From: Trypanosoma brucei
Taxonomy: Eukaryota
NCBI GenBank assembly: GCA_000002445.1
Contig: CP000069.1
Span: forward strand, 256,001 to 320,000
Direction of reading: 5' to 3'
DNA: 64,000 nt
Position 1 is the stretch's first letter; each line of letters starts with the position of its first letter. The translations under genes were made by a program, and so were the position numbers. Below, piece after piece: positions 55,501 to 64,000 of this stretch. The notes beneath the pieces are model-generated. The model did no database searches and was not told where the DNA came from. It saw only the letters and a program-made list of their open reading frames with translations.

Positions 55501-57800
55501 ATTTCCTGAGTCTTATCACCTTTCTTATTCTTTGCGCTTTTCATCACCTATGGCATCTGCTTTCAGCACCCAGATGCTGCACAATCGGAGGAGGACATCC
55601 TCGCTAACAAGAGGTATTCAACTTTACGTGGTTTCTCCAATCTGTCAAAATTATCGTAACGCCCCCCCTTTTCATTGCGCTTTTACACCTGGCGTTCCTA
55701 TAGGAAAAGCTGCCTCTGCATCTGCTCAAAGAAGATGCTTTTTTACTTAGAGGGATAGGGAGGGGGCTAACACTCTCCTGAATGCAACGCCTGCTCCAGT
55801 TATGAGCGTGGCTCCTTTTTGTATGGCCTCCTCATTCGCTGCCTTTGGCAAAGCAGACATCGTGTGTGCAGCTTGCGCACGCATGCGACCACGAATATTG
55901 CGGTGTGGAGGTGACGGCAAATACTAACGGAAAATCGCGGCACAGCAAATTTCCCCATTGCGTAACACGTCAGCGATGTGACCCGATCTCAGTGATCCCT
56001 CTCTCCAACCCTGCTCTATAGGTGAGACGGCCCCAGCCGCAGTAGTCTTCGTGGTTCTTTTGTTGCCCCCTTTGTGAACTTCACTACTTCGAATGACTAA
56101 AGCACTAGGCTAATTAGCTTCGGTCACTTCCCCCTACATTTTCGTAATCCGTGTGGAGGTTATGGGCGTCGGCACGCCTGATCCCAAGGCACACAAATCT
56201 CTTTTCCTCAGTTAATACGTCCAAATAGTGTTGCGTTAAGCACTGGGTGACACACCCTACTCGTTACTCTTGCATATCGTCGACATTTTCCAGATCCATG
56301 TCATTGGGCGTGGTCGTGGGATCCTCTGAAAAGAGCCTACCGCGAAACTCCGAAATGCTACCTCGTCTTCTGTTGAGGGATTACACCCCAACCGTGTATA
56401 AGATTGGCATCTGAGCCAACCCTTGCGATGTTCTGCAGGTTACGGATACAGTTTCTAACCACGTGTCGCCAATCTCCACTTGGGGTCTTGAAGTGAACAA
56501 CAACTGTCGCATCCACTTCGTCGGCTGGAAATATATTTTCCAGCGATCTAGCGCCAAAATCATACGTGCATGCTCTACCGGGCTCAATGTTATCAGATAG
56601 CTCAGAAACATCACTACCGCCTCCCCTCCTCCTTGCCCGCCGGCTTATTACACCAAGCGGCTGTGCCATAGCACTCGTTGATGGGCACTTGAAGCCCTGG
56701 CCGCTGTGGCTAAGGTGAGGCGTCCCGTTTATTCTTCAGTTTCTCAGTGTCTTTCTTTCCATTAGCTTGCAGGGGCCGCCTGTTACGGTCACTGGCCGCG
56801 GTCGCGCCACCTATGTCGCAGCCTTGTTTGTCTCCAAGGTCGGTGTTAAAATGCCCTTCCCTCCGCCGTTTCGCCATGGCGTTGGGCCCAGCGCACCAGT
56901 TATTATTTCCAGGGAGGTCCTGTCCCTCTTTCCGCTCGAGATCCTGCAATTTATCTCCATGCTTATGATCCGCCCCCGGTGCCGCCCCTTTAGCAAATTC
57001 ACTTACAGCTGACTTTCGTTTAGCTCGCGATGAGAGGGCATGACCGTGCGGTTGTTTGCTGGCGGCGATCCGCTATTTGGGGGGTGGGGGCGGATCGGCC
57101 TCTCTGTGGGATTCTTGGAGAGTAGCTCTGTGGGTACGCTCGCCTCCACTCCGCTCGTTGTTTCTCCTTTTCGGTAGGCGTTGACTGGTCGCCGGTACCC
57201 GCGTGCGCGGCGCGTCTCCGCTCCGGACTCACCCTGGTCAAGCGAATTGACACCGTTTCGAGTGCTGTTGGGGGTTAGGTGCCCAGAGGGCCGTTACCGC
57301 CCTTTGGCGGGTGTGGCGGGGTCGCTTCAGCTTCCTTACGGGCTCGGAGCAGTGCCGTTGCCGAGCGGTACGCTTGTACGCATTCTGCGGGGTGGTAAAA
57401 CCCTTTGTTTTCATTGCATATTGGCCCATGATCACGAGGGTTGATGGTTGTAGCAAAGGGACGGTGCAATTTAAGCGCGCGCGCAGGGGGACCATATATC
57501 AAAACATATCTGTGAGTTTAAACGACTTCACAAGTGCTGCTCCTAGTGATTTTTTAAGTACCTGGGGAAGTATTTGGGTCCTCGAGCCGGTAAGTGTGTT
57601 GGGTTGCTCCCCCTACTGTGTGGTTCTTGATCCCCTAGTGGTGCGGATAAATGGACGCCTGACTAGAGAGACCGGCCGTAGCGTTGTCGTTCTTTTGACT
57701 TTCTTTAGATCTGACAAGATGCCACTTGTTCAGTTGGGTGCGCTGACTGTTTGACTTCTGCCTCACGGCCCCAACAATCCCTGTGACAGTTAGAAAAAAA
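52600..57800. other. ORF-poor block of complex, non-low-complexity sequence about 5.2 kb long. Candidate degenerate retroelement (ingi/DIRE-like) or decayed pseudogene(s). No intact coding capacity.
   Basis: Base composition and k-mer complexity look like coding DNA, unlike the pyrimidine/purine-tract intergenic regions elsewhere. The longest ORFs are 60 to 200 aa in all six frames, with no recognisable motifs. Its size matches ingi-family elements (about 5.2 kb), but no RT or endonuclease motif was recognised by eye. Confidence 0.3.
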
Positions 57801-58140
57801 AACTGAGGAAATCTTATGCGAGACATGATGTCGGGACGATCATTCATTACCGATTACCGACTCAGTAGCATTGCCGTGTCGGTATATCGGACAACTTTAC
57901 CGAATCAACCCTCTGTACGAAAACTAAAGACCCAATAAATCACCTATCTTGCAAATCCGTGACGTTCGTCGTTTAGATATTTAATACTTCTCGTTACTAA
58001 ACACGACACTCTTAGGACTGCAGAAGCATAACATTTTACATAAAAGCCAACAGCCCCCCCCAAAAAAAAAAATTAAATTGAAGTCGTTGCCCTAGCAAAA
58101 GGCGAAAACAATGCCAAACTCTAAGAAACTTGCAGATATA

Positions 58141-59233
58141 AATATATTTATGAGATTTTAGGATGAAACGGGACAAACCAAAGGAGGGGGAAACAAATCA
58201 AGTTAAATCAGAAGGAAAAAAAAACGAACAAGCTCCACCACTCCGATGGTGAGAATTTATTTCTCTTTCCCAACTTCCATCTCTTTTTTCTTTGCTTTTT
58301 TTTCTTTTTTTTTCCTCCAACAAAGACAAGTAATGTGCTTACGGCCTGTTTTTTTCATTTTTCTCTTTTCAATTGTTTTTTTTTCATTTATTGCTATTCT
58401 CTCATCCCGGCCGTATATTTCCCCCCTCCATTCGTCGTTATGCGACACCGAACGCATCACCCCTTTTATTCCTTTTCTTTTTTTTTTTAGAGAGTTTTCT
58501 TGTTTTTATTATTTTGTTTTGGTTTCGATGTCTGATGTTTTGTGTTCATTTGTTTTGTTCTTCCCATTTGTTGCGTTTCATATATATATATATGTACATG
58601 TAACTGCGTGTGTTTGTGTGTTTGTGATTATTACGCCTGCTTTTGTTGATATTAAAGTTTCTAATTTTTTTCTTTTTAATCCACTAACTTTTTCAATAAT
58701 TCACAGAAGGAAGAAAAACAGAAGCAGAAAATAAAAAGAAAAAAGAAAAGAAAAGAGATGGCGACCTGATAATAGTAATAAAAGTAATGAATGGTGTTAA
58801 AAAGAGAATGAATTAAAAAACGGGGCTAAACAGACACGAATATTTCAGCAAGAAAAATGAAGGAAATATATCATTATATGTGTCCAATATTTTCGCACAT
58901 ATGTTTGTGCTTTCTTTTATATTTTTGTGTTTATATCTGCTGTTTTTGTGTGCCTTTGTTGATTGGAAGATCAAAAGGAAAAAAAAGGAGGAAGGGAGGA
59001 GAATTGGGGTTGTTTGGGGGGGGGCATCTTCAGGAAAGAATATATATATATTAATATTAATATTAATATGTGTGTGTATTTGTGCGTTGGGGTGTTTGTA
59101 TTGGAAGAGGCATGCAAAAGCAGCGCAAGTCCTTCCACACTCATTCGTCCAAATTTTCCTTTTTCTTTTTCTTTTCCTTTTAAATTGTTTGTTCCGGTTT
59201 ATATTTCTTTAAATATATAAAAGTTAGGGGTTT
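58141..59233. repeat. Right copy of the inverted repeat pair, ending about 0.8 to 0.95 kb upstream of the adenylate cyclase CDS.
   Basis: Same alignment as above. The boundaries are where similarity decays, at about 58141 (tttatgagattttagg) and about 59233 (aaatatataaaagttagggg). Confidence 0.9.
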
Positions 59234-60004
59234 CGTTGTTGTTCTACGCGTTGCCATTTAACGTTGCTACGTTATTTTCTTACATATCAAATCTTCCAGT
59301 GGTAATTCTTCCCTTGTATGCCAACAGGAGTGCGTAGACCTGCATTATCTTTTAAAAAATACATATTACCTTCTTACGTGTTAACTTTGTGAAACATAAC
59401 CTATGCGACATGATCTTTTCGAATGGTGGATATGCAAATGACTCTGCCCCAATGCCATGTGTCATGCTGTCCAGCACTCAGTGTTGGTGGTGACTTTATG
59501 AGCACCGCTTTAACTATTGTTTGGCAGTGCATTCCTTGTTTTTATGAAGTCAGGTTGATGCGCAGTGGTTGTCGTTATTTCTTTCCCTCATATATATACG
59601 CATGTGCATATTTCAGTATTTAAATACGTATGCTTACCTTGTTTGAGGTTCTATCATATTTGAAAAACATTTTTTTATTTTTGTTTTGTCTACCTCACTT
59701 TGATGCTATATTTATCCACTACGGCACAGCAGGTGGCACCTTCCTCACACAGTCCCATGGAGGTTTATTTGCGATTGCCCAGGAAGTGGAACAGGAGGGG
59801 GAATATGGGAGTTAGGCGATGCGTCACAATTGCACTTTGCCGCTCTTACGGTGAGTTAACCGAATATTCTTTCGTGTGTGAACCGTAGTATTTCCACCCT
59901 CCCAGGGTTGAGGGTTTAATATTTTGATTATGTCGCGATTGGTGACTTTCTATTTCTGTCCAATACGTCGCCGGGCATGATCTGCATATGTATTAAGCGC
60001 GCCG

Positions 60005-63000
60005 ATGCCACTTTACTGGTTTCTATTTTCCCTCTTCGATATTCTTCTCGAAGACACAAGATTTCACATACGAATAATACCACACATTCCCGAAAATATG
60101 TGCCGGCAGGAAGGTGGCGGCAGAGGATGTGTGTACCCTCATGGAAACTGCAGGCGGAACCTTACCGCAAGGAGCCCTGCAGGGCGTTACAGCATGTACA
60201 AGCACTCACCTGTCATTACTGCTATGTCACTGCTACACTTGTTGCCTTTGCTACTCATGTGGATGCCACCTGTGTGCGCGGATGACAGTGCTGTGACGGT
60301 AAATGTGCTATCCATGATGTACAATTCGGAATATTACGTTGAGAAAGTGAACGCCATCAATGCCGGCTTTGACGCATCACTGAGTGCCCACGGTTGGAAG
60401 ACGGGCTCCGGTGCGACAATATCTGTCATCCGTCCCCCATCGTACAACACCACAGCTGAGGACATATTTCAGCTGGGGGCGAAACAAAGTGAAGGGAAGT
60501 TATTAGTTGTATTTGGGCCCCTGGGTACTGACCCTGTCGTTTGGGTTCGTGATAAACTAAAGGAAAATGATCTTGTTGCCATCGCTCCTATTGCGTACTC
60601 CAGTGAGGTCCGTGGTTGGAACCCTCACCTCTATTCAATAAGTGTCGAACCCAATGCTGAGCTCCTCGCCCTCATTCGATACGCTGTTGTTTATCTGGGT
60701 CTGCCGCGTGTAGGTTTGATGTATGCGAAGGGTAATGGGTTTGACAAGGAGTCATATGAGTTTACCATGCGAATAATGGAAATGATGGGCCGCAAGCCAT
60801 GTGGAGTGTTCGCTGTGGAGAGCAGTGGGGGTCGGGACGTCTTGGAGGGTGAATTGAATACCAAGTGGGGGCAATTTGTTGCTGCACGTCCGCAGGCTGT
60901 ACTGCTATTTTCATCGCTAGAGGAAGAAACCACCGGGTGGTTTGTCAAGAAGATAGCACAGGACAACCGCACTATGGACATGTACCTGCTCGCCCCTTCC
61001 AGTTTTCAACATTTTCTGATCAAAACATGGAGCGATGCGCTGGTGTCACTTAATCGTACGTTCACTCCTGGACAGCTGATCACAACTGGAACAGTGCCAC
61101 TCGCTAGTGACAATCGGTCCTCGATGGTTCGGCACTTCCAGCGTGACATGGACAATTACCTGGATACAAACAGTGACTGGAAGGGCTTTGCGAAACCTGA
61201 ACATTACCTTAAGGACGACAAATTAGGGGAGATGATGGTGTTTGGATGGCTTGCGGGAGAAGTTCTGTTTGAGGCCCTAAACAACGCTCCACAACTGACA
61301 AACCGTACTTCATTCATGGAATCTCTGTACAAGCAGCGTCGCTACGTGATTGATGACTTTGTGGTTGGTGACTTTGGTGGTGAGTGCGATGAGGGCGCTG
61401 CATTACAGGGTGCCATGTGTAATTGCAATCAAGGTGGCAGCATGGCGCATATGAGAGTTGTTGATGACAGCCTCAGTTTGAAGCCTATGAAAAAAGGCTC
61501 TGTGACGTGGAGTGTATCGGAGTGCTCAAGTGCTAATGTGCAGGTGAGCGCACCGTTAATCGGACTGTATGTAGTCCTTACGGATGATAAAGTTGCACAA
61601 CGTGCGAGCATGAGGTGGTCGTTGGGCGCTCGGAGCCTCGAGGAAGCGGATGATGTTGATAAGAGAATATTTTTCCATTCCTTAAAGGTTAATTTAAAAA
61701 ATTTAACGCAATCACTTGAACAAGTAAGGGACACGAAGGCTGTAGCTGCAGTTCTTGGTGTTGTTACCGCTGATATTCTGAGCGTGCCGAATATGACTTT
61801 CATTGGCCCTATTCCATTGTTCCCCCGGTTGAACAAGTTCTGGAGAAACGTGATCCATCTGCAACCGCTACTTGCGCAGCAGCTATATGTGCTTGCTGTA
61901 TACCTCTCCAACACCTCTTCCTTGGGAGTGAAGGCGCTTGTTCGCGGGAGTGAAGCATCTGAGGTTGTAGACACGCTTGATAAGTCATTGGTTACGTTTG
62001 GTGTGTCGCTTGATTCCAGTAAGACACTTGGTGATGGTGACCCGATATCGTCATATCTCTCGGGTAATGGAGATGTGTTTTGTATTGGACTCACTCCCCC
62101 TGACGTTGCTGCGGTTGCGCGGCACCTTCAGACCCACCTCAGGGCACGTGTATTCGTTCCATTCAATGACATTTTGTTGTTTTACCAGGAGTTTGTGGCT
62201 GCATTTAATGCGAGTAAAGAGTCTATTGCCAGCTCAGAGCGGCTCCTATTCGCGACGAGTTTCCCACACTGGGCAAAGAAGAACACGAAATCAGATATGG
62301 TTGCGAGATTTCATCGCCATGTAAATGAATCGCATTGGGATCCACTAACGTTCCTGGGCTTTGCTACCACTCGGCTGCTTCAGGTTGTTATCTCCAATAT
62401 GAAGAAAGTGAATGCAGAGCTGCTGGCAGACCGCATTTACACGGAGTCCAACATCAGAGTGGATGACGTGCGATTTGGACCCTTCAGTGATGCGGAATGT
62501 GTTTCTGGTACGAGTGTTTCGGCAAATGAGTGTGCCTCAAACTTTGGAGCCACAAACATTTCTGTATGGTCGATGGCGCGTGTGCTGAATTCAAGCTTGC
62601 CCAGGACACAGGTTGGGATGACACCGTCTATGGACTATGTTATTCCGCAAGAGGGTCAACTCACACAGTCACAGATAGCTGGAATAATTTCTGGGTGTGT
62701 ATCCGCCTTGTTATTATTTATTGCCCTTGGTGTGTTCCTACACATCTCCCTGCGGAACGCTCGTAACAACAACCGTGCACCCAAGGAGCCAACGGACCCC
62801 GTGACACTAATATTTACTGACATTGAGAGCAGCACTGCGTTGTGGGCTGCACACCCTGATCTGATGCCCGATGCCGTCGCCGCGCATCATCGTATGGTCC
62901 GTTCACTGATTGGGAGGTATAAGTGCTACGAAGTTAAAACTGTTGGGGATTCGTTCATGATAGCGAGTAAGAGTCCTTTCGCTGCCGTCCAACTCGCACA

Positions 63001-63829
63001 GGAATTACAGCTGTGTTTCTTGCATCATGACTGGGGAACAAATGCAGTTGATGATTCTTACCGTGAGTTTGAGGAGCAGCGTGCGGAGGGAGAATGTGAG
63101 TACACACCACCAACCGCGCATATGGATCCTGAAGTGTACAGTCGTTTGTGGAATGGCCTGCGTGTACGTGTTGGAATCCACACCGGGTTGTGCGACATCC
63201 GACACGATGAAGTGACGAAGGGATATGACTACTATGGGCGGACTCCAAACATGGCAGCAAGGACGGAGAGTGTAGCAAATGGTGGTCAGGTGCTGATGAC
63301 GCATGCGGCGTACATGTCGCTGTCAGCTGAGGATCGTAAGCAAATTGATGTCACTGCACTTGGTGCTGTCGCACTTCGCGGTGTGAGTGATCCGGTTAAG
63401 ATGTACCAGCTGAATACCGTGCCTAGTCGTAACTTTGCTGCATTGCGGCTGGACCGCGAATACTTTTTTGATGAGGGCGAGGATGGCACGACAACCTCCA
63501 CAAGCGACCACAGTTCTTCACGTGCGGAGCTGAGTGAATCAGCTCAGATAATTGCAACTGCACTACAGTCGCTGTTAAGCACGTTCAAGACAGCGCATCG
63601 TGAGAAGTTGTTGCTGCCGTATTGTGAGCGTTGGCGTGTGCCTCTTCCCCGTAAAGCTGCATCCGAGTGGGATGACGCCTACTGTGAGGAAGTGGTGCGT
63701 CGCATTGCAGTTAAGGTTGGGCGTGTCGCTGACCATGGCGCTCATAGTGGAAGTGAGTCTTCAAGTACGCAAGGCAGTTCATCAATTATTATCGTCCCCT
63801 TTTACGACATGCACCTTCAGGAATACTAA
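60005..63829 (+). CDS. GRESAG4: Receptor-type adenylate cyclase (GRESAG4/ESAG4 family). Longest ORF is 1274 aa. The likely functional start is downstream, either the first AUG after the predicted splice acceptor at 60098 or the signal-peptide Met at 60194 or 60224.
   Basis: Architecture is a signal peptide (MSLLHLLPLLLMWMPPVCA), then a large extracellular periplasmic-binding-protein-like domain, then a single TM helix (IAGIISGCVSALLLFIALGVFLHI, about aa 890), then a class III cyclase catalytic domain (LIFTDIESSTALWAAHPDLM...YKCYEVKTVGDSFMIASKSPF...VRVGIHTGLCDIR...YYGRTPNMAARTES). A polypyrimidine tract at 60018-60052 lies inside the longest ORF. Confidence 0.9.
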   Translation: MPLYWFLFSLFDILLEDTRFHIRIIPHIPENMCRQEGGGRGCVYPHGNCRRNLTARSPAGRYSMYKHSPVITAMSLLHLLPLLLMWMPPVCADDSAVTVNVLSMMYNSEYYVEKVNAINAGFDASLSAHGWKTGSGATISVIRPPSYNTTAEDIFQLGAKQSEGKLLVVFGPLGTDPVVWVRDKLKENDLVAIAPIAYSSEVRGWNPHLYSISVEPNAELLALIRYAVVYLGLPRVGLMYAKGNGFDKESYEFTMRIMEMMGRKPCGVFAVESSGGRDVLEGELNTKWGQFVAARPQAVLLFSSLEEETTGWFVKKIAQDNRTMDMYLLAPSSFQHFLIKTWSDALVSLNRTFTPGQLITTGTVPLASDNRSSMVRHFQRDMDNYLDTNSDWKGFAKPEHYLKDDKLGEMMVFGWLAGEVLFEALNNAPQLTNRTSFMESLYKQRRYVIDDFVVGDFGGECDEGAALQGAMCNCNQGGSMAHMRVVDDSLSLKPMKKGSVTWSVSECSSANVQVSAPLIGLYVVLTDDKVAQRASMRWSLGARSLEEADDVDKRIFFHSLKVNLKNLTQSLEQVRDTKAVAAVLGVVTADILSVPNMTFIGPIPLFPRLNKFWRNVIHLQPLLAQQLYVLAVYLSNTSSLGVKALVRGSEASEVVDTLDKSLVTFGVSLDSSKTLGDGDPISSYLSGNGDVFCIGLTPPDVAAVARHLQTHLRARVFVPFNDILLFYQEFVAAFNASKESIASSERLLFATSFPHWAKKNTKSDMVARFHRHVNESHWDPLTFLGFATTRLLQVVISNMKKVNAELLADRIYTESNIRVDDVRFGPFSDAECVSGTSVSANECASNFGATNISVWSMARVLNSSLPRTQVGMTPSMDYVIPQEGQLTQSQIAGIISGCVSALLLFIALGVFLHISLRNARNNNRAPKEPTDPVTLIFTDIESSTALWAAHPDLMPDAVAAHHRMVRSLIGRYKCYEVKTVGDSFMIASKSPFAAVQLAQELQLCFLHHDWGTNAVDDSYREFEEQRAEGECEYTPPTAHMDPEVYSRLWNGLRVRVGIHTGLCDIRHDEVTKGYDYYGRTPNMAARTESVANGGQVLMTHAAYMSLSAEDRKQIDVTALGAVALRGVSDPVKMYQLNTVPSRNFAALRLDREYFFDEGEDGTTTSTSDHSSSRAELSESAQIIATALQSLLSTFKTAHREKLLLPYCERWRVPLPRKAASEWDDAYCEEVVRRIAVKVGRVADHGAHSGSESSSTQGSSSIIIVPFYDMHLQEY
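60018..60052 (+). promoter_or_regulatory. Polypyrimidine tract with a downstream AG. Putative spliced-leader acceptor for the adenylate cyclase mRNA.
   Basis: The sequence tttctattttccctcttcgatattcttctcgaag is followed by the first in-frame AUG at 60098. Confidence 0.4.
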
Positions 63830-64000
63830 CCTTGTCATTGATGATATTCGTAGAGTAGCAGTAACATACCGGATTTCTGTTGGGTCGCCATTATTACGAT
63901 GAAGCCGTTGCCCATCGGCCGATGGCTCGCAATGTAAATGAATGTTATATGCATTAATAGTGCCAGCGTTTAGTGACGTTCATGCTTATTTCAACAATAT

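Larger units (their letters stand above)
52539..60004. promoter_or_regulatory. Divergent strand-switch region between the minus-strand transcription unit (genes 1 to 52538) and the plus-strand unit beginning with the adenylate cyclase gene. Putative bidirectional Pol II transcription start region.
   Basis: All 14 upstream genes are on the minus strand and the next gene is on the plus strand. There is a 7.5 kb interval without a credible ORF. In kinetoplastids such divergent junctions are transcription start regions. Confidence 0.6.

Noticed and set aside
1-64000. CRISPR arrays, operons, RBS or promoter -10/-35 elements
   Set aside because: The sequence is eukaryotic (kinetoplastid). The direct repeats present are simple microsatellites, not spacer-interleaved arrays.

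Overview
This window reads as a trypanosomatid nuclear chromosome segment, most likely Trypanosoma brucei. From memory, the gene order (ApaH-like phosphatase ALPH1, five genes, then alanyl-tRNA synthetase) matches the T. brucei chromosome 6 locus around Tb927.6.640 to Tb927.6.700, with the receptor adenylate cyclase GRESAG4 about six genes further on. That is recollection, not a search result. There are no introns or bacterial signals. Instead there are long pyrimidine/purine-rich, microsatellite-laden intergenic regions typical of polycistronic Pol II units with trans-splicing. Fourteen protein-coding genes lie on the minus strand between 1 and 52.5 kb: a partial ASH-domain protein, ALPH1, an RRP45 exosome subunit, AlaRS, dephospho-CoA kinase, RPL14, an R3H/DEAH helicase, a Shewanella-like phosphatase and several hypotheticals. 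A 7.5 kb divergent strand-switch region follows (52.5 to 60.0 kb). One gene lies on the plus strand, a GRESAG4-type receptor adenylate cyclase (60.0 to 63.8 kb). The ORF track omits a long minus-strand ORF that runs off the window start (1..2221); I found it by manual translation. Several track ORFs are over-extended at the 5' end into polypyrimidine tracts. The most unusual structural feature is a roughly 1.08 kb, about 97% identical inverted repeat pair. One copy sits inside a 7.3 kb intergenic desert (34.2 to 35.3 kb). The other sits 0.8 kb upstream of the adenylate cyclase gene (58.1 to 59.2 kb). Together they bracket the 5' end of the minus-strand unit plus most of the strand-switch region. 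The strand-switch region also holds a 5 kb ORF-poor block of complex, non-repetitive sequence ending in a GC/G-run-rich island (56.9 to 57.7 kb). This is a candidate degenerate retroelement and/or GT-rich transcription start region. No rRNA, tRNA, SL RNA, 5S or CRISPR features were found.
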